Numbered from the stretch's first letter, positions 17,038 to 26,661 are shown. The stretch: DNA of 27,702 bases from Bdellovibrionales bacterium (GCA_050250255.1 JBFWOZ010000038.1:1-27702), one strand, 5' to 3'. Notes: a model not told the origin generated them from the sequence alone. A program made the numbers and translations.

Positions 17038-20000
17038 ATGAAGTTAAATCCAGTCATCGCGGCGCTACTCGTGTTCGCACTCAGTGCATGTACAAAAGAA
17101 GTGCCCTATCAAGAAGTCGCTAAAGACGAACAACTGACACAAAAATCGGTGATCGATACTCAAAGTCAGTTTCTCTATATCGCCTCAACCGGTGAAACAA
17201 GCCGCACATCCGCAGCCAACTATCCTTACTGGATGGGTTCCGAAAAACTTGTGAAGTTCCAATTTACGGAAAATGCTTTGCAGGTCATAGAAACGGAACG
17301 TGATGGGCGCTTTAGCGACAACCCTACTAATAACAAATTGGTACTCGAAATTCCGATCACGCATCTGGATTATCAGTGTCAAAAAGATCGCTTTGGCGAA
17401 TGTACAGGACAGGAGGAAGAAAACCATGATGTTGCTTGGAAAAATCGTGGATTCTTTAAACCGTCTCTAGGGCAAATGAAAGTTTCTGAAGTGAGCGTCC
17501 TGCCATTAGAACTTCAAAACTTTTTTGGTCAAGGATGTTACAAAGAGGTCGGTTCAAGACTCATAGATTACGAACTCTCCCCTATCGCAGTGAACGTACG
17601 TCTTGAAAGATCTTTTGTTGTGACAGCTGGCTGCCTTGACGACTCGATTGAAAGTTTATCCGATCTTAACTTTTCAACGATTTACAACTACTCCATCGTA
17701 CGCGTCGATCAATTAGCTTCGAAAGATTACAAACCCATTGTCTACACGAGACAAGACGAAAGTACTTTTGGTTTTTTTGCCTCGGTCACTAAAAATCTTG
17801 ATGTCGATAACCGCGATGTAGAGAAAAGCGAAGTTTCTTACTTAAATCGCTGGAATCCTCAACGTGGTGTTATCACCTATTATTTGAGTGAAAATTTTCG
17901 TAAAGAGGCTAATCGCTCTATTCGTGATGCGACGATACTTGCGGCTGACCGTGTAAACCAAGCCCTCGCAACAGCCAATAGTTCACTTTCTTTACGCATC
18001 TTAGACTCTCAAGGACAAAACCCAGGGGATTTGCGTAACAACATGATCGTGATGGTTGAAGAACCTCTCGCTGAGAATATTGTTGGTTACGGACCATCTG
18101 TGGCTCACCCTATAACGGGTGAAATCGTCTCTGCTAAAACGATTATGTACCTTGGAACTATCAAAAAGTTTATTCGTTACACTTACGACGAGTTAGTCGA
18201 ATCCATCACGGCAGAAAAAAATAAACCCGATGCGGCAGCTCTACAGGCTTCGGCGAAGCAAAAGCCTAAAGCGAAGTCACTCGCTCAAGACCTCCTTGTA
18301 AAAGCAAATATGAAAACGTCTCTCGGTGCAAATCTTGAGACCAAAAAGAAAGATGTCTTAGGTAAAAAGAACATCACCGCAAAAGACCTCCATCATCTTG
18401 GAAAAGAAGCCCGTGCCTACCATAAACACGCAAGCACCAGCGAAAGATTGAAAGACCGAATTGAGGCCATGTCACAACATTGTGCTTACCCAGCGGAACT
18501 CATTAACTTTGAGCAAGCTGTTAAAAGTGGTCTTCAGGGAATCATTGGTGACAACCCTAAACCTTGGAATGACCTCAGCGACAACGAGAAAGAAAGAATT
18601 ATTTCTCTTGTAGCACCATTCGTTTGGGTGTCGACGCTCGTACATGAACTTGGTCATAACTTAGGTTTGCGCCATAACTTTGCAGGCTCTGAGGACGTAG
18701 CTAATTATTACTCTCTTGATGAATTGAAATCCATTGGGGTCAATCATCCTATCACCTATAGTTCAGTAATGGATTACGCGTACAGTAATCTTAATGATTT
18801 ACCGGCTATGGGTAAGTACGATATCGCGGCATTAAGATTCGGTTATACTCGCGAAGTGGGCATTCAAGAAGTACGCCTTGGAGAAAAGGAAGAAGATCCA
18901 CCTCAAATCATTGATCGAGGATTTGTACCGGTAAAAACAAATCTAAAAGATTTAGAGGCAGAACTTCAGAAAAAGGCAGATAACGAGAATTCGGCTCTTG
19001 AAATGAAGTCCTATTCTTTCTGTACGGACGATCACGTTTCTGTCAATGTTGGTTGCAAACGTCATGATGAGGGAACGACCTACACCGAAATGGCTCTCCA
19101 CATCGTAAAAGCTTACGAAAAAGATTACACAAAACGAAACTTTAGAAACGGTAACCGAAACTTCAGCCTCTACAGCGACATTTACGCCGCGGCTCGAATT
19201 GACGGTATCTTTCGAAACCTGAGGCTCTTCTTTGAACTCTATGAACGTTTCAACACGCAGTTCAATATTCCACCAGAACTCTGGGAAACACATCCTCTAC
19301 TCAAAGATGTGCGCGACGCCACTGATATTGCAGTCGTCTTCTTAACGGATGCTCTACGCACTCCTGATGTTATGTGTGCTTATGCCGATGCTGAAAAGCC
19401 AAACGAAGTAGCGGGCGTTATTCCGCTTACGTCGATTGATCCCGCGATGCTCTCCTGTTTTGATCCAAGTGTGACAGCGGTCGCAAATGAAAATGGTCTT
19501 GTCATCATCGCCCAAGCAGGTAAATCCTTTGTCTCTAAAAAGGATCCGCAAAGCGATAACCCATACGCAGATCAAATTGATGTGCGCGGAGTGTGGATTG
19601 AAAAGGTGATGGCCGCAAAATACTTATTCACTCGCGTACTTGGTATCAGTGCGTTTGATGGAGCCCAGCACAATCTCACCCACTATGATCGCTACGTGGA
19701 TTTGATGTTACAAAGTCTTGCGGAAGTGCTGATGGATGATGTGACCTCGGATGTGGTTTTTTCAGACCTAAGTGGTCCATTGTTTCAAACGCAACTTCGC
19801 CACTCTCTTGGAGAGACACATGTGATTCCACAAGCCTCTACTGAGCAGCTAGCGAAGTTCCTCTCGCTCCCCGAGCAAGACGTGAGATACGATGAAGTTC
19901 TGGTGAACGCGATTAAACGTGAAGTCCCCTCACTCTTGGAACGTGAAAACGCGAGCTCCATGTTAGATCTGGTTTCTGTTCGCACTTCCATTCGTGATTC

Positions 20001-20322
20001 CGGTTTTTCTGAAGCGGATTTTGAAAGTGTTGCTGTGGGTACTAAAAAATACTTTGCTCTTCCGCAAAATGGATTTGCTTTACTCGCAATACGGGGAATT
20101 CAGGCCGGCAGGGATTTGAGCACTCTTGAAGAAAAACAGATCCAAGTTATTCTCGAAGCTGTCAAAGCAAAAAAGCCAGCTCCAGAAAAAGCAACAGATG
20201 TTGAAAAGCGGGTCTATGCACTCGAGCCAAGCGTGATTGAATCTTACCTCTCGGGCGAGATGAAAAGCGAAACACATTACGCTAGACTTTTGTCCTTACT
20301 CACGGTGTCGACTGGTCCTTAA
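17038..20322 (+). CDS. Lipoprotein zinc-dependent metalloprotease (Met-zincin, DUF4953/EcxA-like)
   Basis: AGGAGG RBS before ATG 17038, lipobox LSAC, GDLRNN and GYGPSVAHPITGEI, HELGHNLGLRHNFAGS, Met-turn SSVMDY, GKYDIAALRFGY, FCTDDH. Confidence 0.93.
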   Translation: MKLNPVIAALLVFALSACTKEVPYQEVAKDEQLTQKSVIDTQSQFLYIASTGETSRTSAANYPYWMGSEKLVKFQFTENALQVIETERDGRFSDNPTNNKLVLEIPITHLDYQCQKDRFGECTGQEEENHDVAWKNRGFFKPSLGQMKVSEVSVLPLELQNFFGQGCYKEVGSRLIDYELSPIAVNVRLERSFVVTAGCLDDSIESLSDLNFSTIYNYSIVRVDQLASKDYKPIVYTRQDESTFGFFASVTKNLDVDNRDVEKSEVSYLNRWNPQRGVITYYLSENFRKEANRSIRDATILAADRVNQALATANSSLSLRILDSQGQNPGDLRNNMIVMVEEPLAENIVGYGPSVAHPITGEIVSAKTIMYLGTIKKFIRYTYDELVESITAEKNKPDAAALQASAKQKPKAKSLAQDLLVKANMKTSLGANLETKKKDVLGKKNITAKDLHHLGKEARAYHKHASTSERLKDRIEAMSQHCAYPAELINFEQAVKSGLQGIIGDNPKPWNDLSDNEKERIISLVAPFVWVSTLVHELGHNLGLRHNFAGSEDVANYYSLDELKSIGVNHPITYSSVMDYAYSNLNDLPAMGKYDIAALRFGYTREVGIQEVRLGEKEEDPPQIIDRGFVPVKTNLKDLEAELQKKADNENSALEMKSYSFCTDDHVSVNVGCKRHDEGTTYTEMALHIVKAYEKDYTKRNFRNGNRNFSLYSDIYAAARIDGIFRNLRLFFELYERFNTQFNIPPELWETHPLLKDVRDATDIAVVFLTDALRTPDVMCAYADAEKPNEVAGVIPLTSIDPAMLSCFDPSVTAVANENGLVIIAQAGKSFVSKKDPQSDNPYADQIDVRGVWIEKVMAAKYLFTRVLGISAFDGAQHNLTHYDRYVDLMLQSLAEVLMDDVTSDVVFSDLSGPLFQTQLRHSLGETHVIPQASTEQLAKFLSLPEQDVRYDEVLVNAIKREVPSLLERENASSMLDLVSVRTSIRDSGFSEADFESVAVGTKKYFALPQNGFALLAIRGIQAGRDLSTLEEKQIQVILEAVKAKKPAPEKATDVEKRVYALEPSVIESYLSGEMKSETHYARLLSLLTVSTGP

Positions 20323-20362
20323 ATCGAAGTGAGTTTTTCTAGAAAAACAGGCTGTAAATTGG

Positions 20363-20394
20363 GCCGGGAATCTTTATAGATTCCCGGCTTTTTT
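20363..20394 (+). terminator. Rho-independent terminator
   Basis: 11-bp stem GCCGGGAATCT/AGATTCCCGGC, 4-nt loop, then T6, located 40 nt after the metalloprotease stop. Confidence 0.88.
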
Positions 20395-20410
20395 CCGATA
20401 CCTATAGAGT

Positions 20411-22423
20411 ATGAGTGAAGTTCCAAATTGGGTGTCAGGCCTCAACATTAAAGCAGAAGATTATCAGGAATGGCTCACACGCTTTCCTTCAAAAGATTTT
20501 CTTTTAGGTTGGGCCATTCAAACAAGTCACTTAAATGAAAACACTTATCTCCAGTGGGCGCACAAATTTTATCAACTTCCGCTCATCAAATCTGATTTTT
20601 TTGAACAAGCAGCACCATTAGAACTTTGGAAAAAATGTTTGAATGGACCTTGGAGTCCAAACGCCCTTCCCGTCGCCGAGTGGGACGGTGTTGTTTACGT
20701 GGGCTGCCTTGAGCCGGTGACTTTTTCACAAGACCCTCAAATGAAAATTCAATTTTTGTTAGCACCTACATCGGCTCAAACAAAGTGGTGGGGACTTTTT
20801 AGTAACTTTAAAAAAGAAAATGGAACAACGGTTGCTTCCCAACCAGCAGTCGCACCTGTCGTAGCCCAACCTCAAACTCCTTCACAGGCTCCGGTTGCAG
20901 TACCTTCTGCTCCCGTCATCGTCACGCCAGTTGCAGCACCAATTGCTCCACCACCACCTGTGTCCGCAGTAACGCCACCGACAGCTCCAATCGCTGCAAT
21001 GCCTCCGCCTCCACCGCCTGCACAAACGATCGCTCCGGCACCAATCGCAACTCCTCCGACGCCAGCGCAAAAAACTGTTCCACCACCTCCGCCTGTAACC
21101 CAAGCGACAGCACAACCTATTATTCCACCGACACCTCCTAAAGCACCGGCTGCCGCTATTCCTAACCTTCCGCCGCTGCCTACAAAAGCCTCTACTCCTG
21201 TTCCGTCGGCACCACCTGCAATGGCTCCGGTGATTCCTTCGCCAGCAGCTTCAGCACCACCGCCAGGGATTCCCGAAATGCCGCCGATCTCTGCGAAGCC
21301 ACCGGCTATAGCTCCCGTGCCCGCAGCTGCAGTTGTATTTCCGCCACCACCTACAAAACCAAATGAGTTTGTGGCGCCGATCAATCAATTTTTAAAACCT
21401 GAAAAACAAGTCGATTTTTCAGAGAAAAAAGCTCCCGCGCCTCCTGCAAAAACAAAACTTTCCGTTCAATCTTCGCGAAAAGATGATGCGATTTCTTTTG
21501 ACCATTTAAATGTTGCGAATGTCGATCTTCGAATTCCTGATGGAATCAGTCTTACACCAGAAGAACTCGCCGTACAAAATCAAGTTGAGACTGTCACACT
21601 TCACAATATCCCAGATGTTCCAGAGGGAATAAACGTGGAAGCGGATGGAATCAATTTAAAGCCTCTTGATCCTCTTATGGCTTCAGGTCCAATGGGACTG
21701 GAAGATGTAAAATTAGAAAACGTAGATTTACTCAAAGTGGAGAACCTCATTGAAACTTCTCAAGAAGTCGAACTTCCTTCTCTCACTTTAGAAAATTCTG
21801 TTGTCACGGAACCTTCTCCCTTAGCACCACCTTTAAAGGCGGTTCCACCGACACCAGTAGCTTCTCCGATGGTAACTCAACCGCCGCCTGCGGCTCCGTC
21901 GCCATTACCCGCAACCCCGACTCCAGTAGCAGCTCCGCCACCAGTCGCGCACTATTTTGATCCTAACACCAATCCTCAAGGGCTCCCTGATTCAGGGATC
22001 CAACCGGTGTTTGAAAAAATGCGTACGCACTTTGAAAAATCCATGATTCTTCTAATGAGTGGCCCTCATCTTCAACCCTATCAGTGGGACCCTAGCTGGA
22101 CAGCAAATAATAGTTATCCTTTTGAAGTGAGTTTACAGACTCCAAGTGTTTTTAAAATTGTTGTTGATAGTGTCCAACCTTATCATGGGTATATGCGCCC
22201 CTCGGCCGTGAATGATTCATTTTTTAAAAGATGGAATAACGGACAGTATCCTGCACATCTTACGGCTGTGCCGATCAGTGTGCAAAACGATATGTTAGGA
22301 ATTCTTGTAGGTATTTCTCAACAGGAAAAAACGGATCTCACTTCGCTCAACCAGTGCCAAGCCCTCGCGCATGAGATTGCAGTGAAACTCAAACAAGTTT
22401 TAGAAACTCCAAAAGCAGCTTAG
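20411..22423 (+). CDS. Proline-rich protein with a GspE/PilB N-terminal-like domain and a GAF-like C-terminal domain
   Basis: The N-terminal FYQLPLI...ALPVAEWDGVVYVGCLEP resembles the T2SSE N-domain. There are long P/A/T low-complexity linkers. The C-terminal SVFKIVV....PYHG...LTAVPI.....LGILVG is GAF-like. No ATPase motifs are present. Confidence 0.6.
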   Translation: MSEVPNWVSGLNIKAEDYQEWLTRFPSKDFLLGWAIQTSHLNENTYLQWAHKFYQLPLIKSDFFEQAAPLELWKKCLNGPWSPNALPVAEWDGVVYVGCLEPVTFSQDPQMKIQFLLAPTSAQTKWWGLFSNFKKENGTTVASQPAVAPVVAQPQTPSQAPVAVPSAPVIVTPVAAPIAPPPPVSAVTPPTAPIAAMPPPPPPAQTIAPAPIATPPTPAQKTVPPPPPVTQATAQPIIPPTPPKAPAAAIPNLPPLPTKASTPVPSAPPAMAPVIPSPAASAPPPGIPEMPPISAKPPAIAPVPAAAVVFPPPPTKPNEFVAPINQFLKPEKQVDFSEKKAPAPPAKTKLSVQSSRKDDAISFDHLNVANVDLRIPDGISLTPEELAVQNQVETVTLHNIPDVPEGINVEADGINLKPLDPLMASGPMGLEDVKLENVDLLKVENLIETSQEVELPSLTLENSVVTEPSPLAPPLKAVPPTPVASPMVTQPPPAAPSPLPATPTPVAAPPPVAHYFDPNTNPQGLPDSGIQPVFEKMRTHFEKSMILLMSGPHLQPYQWDPSWTANNSYPFEVSLQTPSVFKIVVDSVQPYHGYMRPSAVNDSFFKRWNNGQYPAHLTAVPISVQNDMLGILVGISQQEKTDLTSLNQCQALAHEIAVKLKQVLETPKAA

Positions 22424-23475
22424 CGATAATCAAAAAGATAATCGATGTGTTGGGGCACCCACTCGACTTCACTTAGCTGTGTTGAACGAATGGCGCCTCT
22501 ATAACCCACGGGAAAAATCTGGGCTCTTGTGAGTGGCTCTACGAGCGTTTGCAATGTCGCCGGCTTAAGAATTTGCCGAGAGAGTAAATCATCCACCGAT
22601 TTTGCAAGCTCGTCAGGAGTAAAAGCGTAATTGTTAATCATATCGTGAGCAATTTGCGTGATTTGATCTACATCTAAATGTCCATCCTGATAAAGATCTA
22701 GAGATGCCTGAAAAGTATCGTAAGTGGCGACCATACGGCGACCAAACTTGAGATAATATTCAGGATCCGTATCCACGGCTAAATTAATATAGATTTTTTT
22801 AACTGGATCCATCGGTGGAGTTTTTTCTTGGAGCAAAAGTATATTGTGGATCTGCTTCATTTCTACTTTAAGGCCTTTCAGCACTCTGAGAAGTTCTGTG
22901 TGTGAAAGTCTGCGAGCACAAATGTCAGAATATAATGAATAGATCACGGCATCGGATTCACTATCATCGCCCCAGAGGATTTGCTGAACATCCAATCTTA
23001 ACCTTACACGCAATTCCAACAAAGCCTGAATCTTGTAACCCATGTGGTTTGTTAAACGCTTGAAACGTTTAGGCGTGAGATTTTGCAAATTATCTTTATA
23101 AAAACACCCAAAAGGTCGAATGTTATCAAGTTGCAATTTTTGATGAATTTTTTCTTCGATCTGAGGAGGCGAGGCGCTAATAAAGAAAATGGGGAATGCA
23201 CGATTCCCTCGTCCCTGACTGGAAATCAATGCGCGAACGAGGGTGTTTGTCCCTGGAACATTTCGTTTTTGAAACGCCTTTTCTAAGGCCGTACGGATAA
23301 GCCCTTTTAAAGACTCAAAATGCGTTTCCAAATAAGTTTTATCAAGATCCCATACGTAGACAAGATGTGCGTCCTGCGCTTGTTTTTGAGGAACATAAGT
23401 GAAGAAAACAACATCCTCAAAGATTTGTGCTCGGGACCGCCAATCTGTTTTGGAAGCAAATAAGGCTGAAAGCAT
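22420..23475 (-). CDS. HAD-superfamily phosphatase (App1/LNS2-like)
   Basis: Motif I VWDLDKTYL, motif II FISASP, motif III GYK, motif IV WGDDSESD. Confidence 0.8.
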   Translation of the reverse strand: MLSALFASKTDWRSRAQIFEDVVFFTYVPQKQAQDAHLVYVWDLDKTYLETHFESLKGLIRTALEKAFQKRNVPGTNTLVRALISSQGRGNRAFPIFFISASPPQIEEKIHQKLQLDNIRPFGCFYKDNLQNLTPKRFKRLTNHMGYKIQALLELRVRLRLDVQQILWGDDSESDAVIYSLYSDICARRLSHTELLRVLKGLKVEMKQIHNILLLQEKTPPMDPVKKIYINLAVDTDPEYYLKFGRRMVATYDTFQASLDLYQDGHLDVDQITQIAHDMINNYAFTPDELAKSVDDLLSRQILKPATLQTLVEPLTRAQIFPVGYRGAIRSTQLSEVEWVPQHIDYLFDYR

Positions 23476-23537
23476 CCTTCCATAGTAATTTTAAAAGCTC
23501 GCGTTGCCAAGATAGTGACCCCGTGTTAGGGAAAAAC

Positions 23538-24422
23538 ATGCAAAAAACGAGTCCCCAAACACAGACTTCGCCCCTTATAACGCAGGGATTGACGCACAGA
23601 TTTAAAACTCGACCTATGAGTGAGTGTCAAAACGACTTTGATTTTCAGCCTTCGGTGACTTGGCCTGAAGCACTCCCCTGTTTTGCCTTTGAGGGGCAAC
23701 TCCTCTGCGGATTTCCTCGCAAAAACATTGATAATACTTCAGAAGTTGTGATCGAACTGCAGGGCGAACGAGACGCCATATTAAAAGCTCTCTACCCACG
23801 CTTAAGTCTCCCAGAACTGGTTCGCCTTATACAAAAAATGACATTGTCCTCTGAGCAAAAATCCAAACTCCTCTTTCTCTATAACTACAAATTTTCAAAT
23901 GACTTAGAAGAACATTTTGATTTTCTGCTCTCACTTCCTCTTGCAGTCCAAAACTGGCTTTCGGAAAAAGACATTGCACCTCGAGATTTAGAAAAATTGG
24001 CTCCCCTCGGTAAACAAAAAATGGAGCACGCACAAAGAGCCCTTCAGTTTTGTATCGAAAAACGACTTAACAAAAATCAAACTTTGCAGGCCTGCGAATG
24101 GATTCAAGAGCTTTTAGAAATGGGACATGGTGAAGAAATTCTTTTTACTGTCCGCTCAACCCCTGATCTCTATCTCCAACACTTAAAAACTCTTCGTTTT
24201 CCTATGACCCTAACCGAAGACCAAAAAGTACAATCACAACTTCAATCATTTTCTTGGCCCAATAAAACCGAAGCCCGTTGGGTACGACAGGGAGATTTGG
24301 CCGCCGTTGAGATACAGCTCAAAGCGCATACAGAGTGGGACCTTGAAAAGCAGATTTCTTCTCTCACAAATTTAAAGGATCAAATCAAAACCATTTGGAG
24401 ATCGGGTCGTCATGCCGACTAA
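23538..24422 (+). CDS. Degenerate ParB-like protein
   Basis: ATG 23538 is preferred because the longer ORF overlaps the divergent gene. QLLCGFPR resembles ParB box II, and LLSLPLAVQNWLSEKDI and IEKRLNKNQT resemble the ParB post-HTH helices. Overlaps the next gene by 11 nt. Confidence 0.5.
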   Translation: MQKTSPQTQTSPLITQGLTHRFKTRPMSECQNDFDFQPSVTWPEALPCFAFEGQLLCGFPRKNIDNTSEVVIELQGERDAILKALYPRLSLPELVRLIQKMTLSSEQKSKLLFLYNYKFSNDLEEHFDFLLSLPLAVQNWLSEKDIAPRDLEKLAPLGKQKMEHAQRALQFCIEKRLNKNQTLQACEWIQELLEMGHGEEILFTVRSTPDLYLQHLKTLRFPMTLTEDQKVQSQLQSFSWPNKTEARWVRQGDLAAVEIQLKAHTEWDLEKQISSLTNLKDQIKTIWRSGRHAD

Positions 24423-25578
24423 ATCTCTTAAACCGCTTTTAGAAAAATTTGACCGCGTCTTTATTCATGAACCTTCGGTAGGTTCTGAACTCGCGGAAAG
24501 AATGCAATCCCTCTTCCCAAAAGAAAAAATTGAAATTTGCCAAACCCGACCATTTACTGAAAGTAAATCTTCATTAACGGTTCAGGAATTCGAGCGCAGT
24601 AAAAAAAATCTTTTCATTACCAAATTTAAAGGTTCTTTTTTCAAACGCTGTCCAGGCGCTGGTGGTATGGCCTGCTGTAATTATTTTGTTCTTAATTTGG
24701 GTGTCCAGTGTGACATGAACTGCAGCTACTGTTATTTACAATCTTATATCAATTCTCCCGTGCTGACCTTGTATTCAAATTTAGATAATGCACTTGTTGA
24801 ACTTGACGGTCTTGCGCAAAAACATCCAGATCTTCCTTACCGAGTGGGGACTGGCGAGACAACGGATAGCTTAAGCCTTGATCCATTGACTCTTTATTCG
24901 CAAAAGTTAATTAGCTTCTTTACCCGTTATCCAAAATGGAAATTGGAATTTAAAACGAAATCTTCTTATGTGGATCAGTTTCTTGAAACGCCTCATGCAG
25001 GTAACGTAATTGTGTCTTGGTCAATCAATCCTTCTTATGTGATTAACAAAGAAGAGCACGGAACCGCACGACTTCATGAGAGGTTACTGGCCGCTCAAAA
25101 ATGTTTGGAAAAGGGTTTTAAAATCGCTTTCCATATGGACCCTATGATTTGGCATCCCGAGTGGGAGAAAAATTATCAAGAGCTTGCGGATCTTTTAGCG
25201 ACCACTTTTACTCCTGAGCAAGTCCCTTCCATCACCGTAGGGGCTTTGCGATTTCAACCTGAACAACGTTTTATGATGAAAAAACGTTTTGGAATGGAGA
25301 GTCTCGTGAACCGCGGAGAACTTTTTCCGACAAAAGAAGGCAAGTGGCGCTACGACCAAAACCTAAGAAATCTTATGTTTCGCACAGTGATGGACCGCTT
25401 CAAATCTCACAATCCAAAATGGAATGTGTGGCTCTGCATGGAAAATTCAGAATCTTGGACCGGAAGTTTTGAGGCGACCCCACTTCAAGTCGAAGGATTA
25501 AACGAATTTTTCCGTCCCCTTCCTCAAAAAACCAGTTCAGCTTCAAAACAAGATGCGCTGACCGAAGTGCCTTTGTAA
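24412..25578 (+). CDS. Spore photoproduct lyase-like (SplB family) radical SAM protein
   Basis: CDMNCSYCYLQ, TGETTDSL, LEFKTKS, VSWSINP, EEHGTA...ERL.AA, FHMDPMI, WLCME. GGAG RBS. Confidence 0.88.
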   Translation: MPTKSLKPLLEKFDRVFIHEPSVGSELAERMQSLFPKEKIEICQTRPFTESKSSLTVQEFERSKKNLFITKFKGSFFKRCPGAGGMACCNYFVLNLGVQCDMNCSYCYLQSYINSPVLTLYSNLDNALVELDGLAQKHPDLPYRVGTGETTDSLSLDPLTLYSQKLISFFTRYPKWKLEFKTKSSYVDQFLETPHAGNVIVSWSINPSYVINKEEHGTARLHERLLAAQKCLEKGFKIAFHMDPMIWHPEWEKNYQELADLLATTFTPEQVPSITVGALRFQPEQRFMMKKRFGMESLVNRGELFPTKEGKWRYDQNLRNLMFRTVMDRFKSHNPKWNVWLCMENSESWTGSFEATPLQVEGLNEFFRPLPQKTSSASKQDALTEVPL

Positions 25579-25620
25579 AGGTCTCTTGACTCATCTCTCT
25601 TTGCCTTCTTTACTTAGGAA

Positions 25621-26661
25621 ATGAAACTTTTCATCTCTTTATTGATGTCTTTTTATTTCTCCGGAGCGCAAACAACCGCACCCGGCACGCCTGTTCCTAA
25701 AGAAGATAAAAATCAAGCCACCGCTGCCGACCAAGGAATTAAAACAGATTTTCAACAAGGCTCCGAAAAAGAACTTCGAAACCTTGATACAAATTCCCAT
25801 AGTCTTGTTCGTAAAATTGCCGTATTCCCGCTTGATACACTAAAAAAAGATCCTGAAGCCGCCGAACAATCCTGGTGGAAAATCCGCGAAGAACTCACAA
25901 ACCATAAACGCTTCCTCATCGCGAGTCGGCAAATGATGTTGAGAAAAGAAGTTCTTCAACCTCGCTCGGAGCTGGAACCAGCTAGCGCCATTTTGATTGG
26001 GAAACTTTTAGATGCTCACGCTCTTGTCACAACTTACTTACGAAATCGCATCCTAACGATGACCGTCTACAGCAGTGAAAATGGAATGATCCTCTGGAAA
26101 AACGAATGGAATCTTTCGACGTCCATGCCTGTTTCTCAACAACTAGTGGGAGCTTCTGTAAAATTGATTCGTGATTTCGTGGCGAGTGTGCCCTATCAGG
26201 GATTTCAAATTTTGGACCCTCTGATTGGCAAGCCAGTCTACGAAGAGTCGAAAGCTCTCTACGCAAAAGTGGATTCGGGACAAAACACACGCATCCAAGT
26301 CGGTGATTTGATCCAGTGGCTTCATGTGCGCGCCCAACCGCCTATTTTTCAAAATCATGACAATTTGACCGTCATTGCCGAAGGAATTGTAACGGAAAAT
26401 CGGCAAGGTGTTCTCACCGTAGAAATCAAACGCATGAAAGACAAATCGCTTCTCGTAGAAAAAACGCTCATACGCGCTCCCACCGAATATCAACGGGTCA
26501 AAGAAGCGTGGGCCTTGCCTACGGAGAAAACAAGATTAAGCCCTGATATTTATATTGCAGAAATGAAATCGGCGGAGCCCGAAAGTAATGGAAATAAAAA
26601 TATGGTGATGACCGGAACGACAATTTCGTCCCTTTTGTTTTTGTTACTTCTCGCGTTTTAA
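25621..26661 (+). CDS. Exported hypothetical protein with a CsgG/LpoB-like alpha/beta domain, a beta domain and a hydrophobic C-terminal tail
   Basis: Signal peptide, then KIAVFPL...IGKLLDAHALV...GMILW (TolB-N/CsgG-like pattern) and VDSGQNTRIQVGD (FlgT-C-like). The tail is ISSLLFLLLLAF. Confidence 0.6.
   Translation: MKLFISLLMSFYFSGAQTTAPGTPVPKEDKNQATAADQGIKTDFQQGSEKELRNLDTNSHSLVRKIAVFPLDTLKKDPEAAEQSWWKIREELTNHKRFLIASRQMMLRKEVLQPRSELEPASAILIGKLLDAHALVTTYLRNRILTMTVYSSENGMILWKNEWNLSTSMPVSQQLVGASVKLIRDFVASVPYQGFQILDPLIGKPVYEESKALYAKVDSGQNTRIQVGDLIQWLHVRAQPPIFQNHDNLTVIAEGIVTENRQGVLTVEIKRMKDKSLLVEKTLIRAPTEYQRVKEAWALPTEKTRLSPDIYIAEMKSAEPESNGNKNMVMTGTTISSLLFLLLLAF

Noticed and set aside
20830..21960. 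Pro-rich region as a tandem DNA repeat or array, and the antisense Gly/Ala-rich ORF 20872-21384 as a gene
   Set aside because: There is no fixed repeat unit and codons vary. The antisense ORF is a shadow of Pro/Ala/Thr codons.
23427..23537. Longer start for the ParB-like ORF
   Set aside because: It overlaps the start of the divergent phosphatase gene, so ATG 23538 is more plausible.
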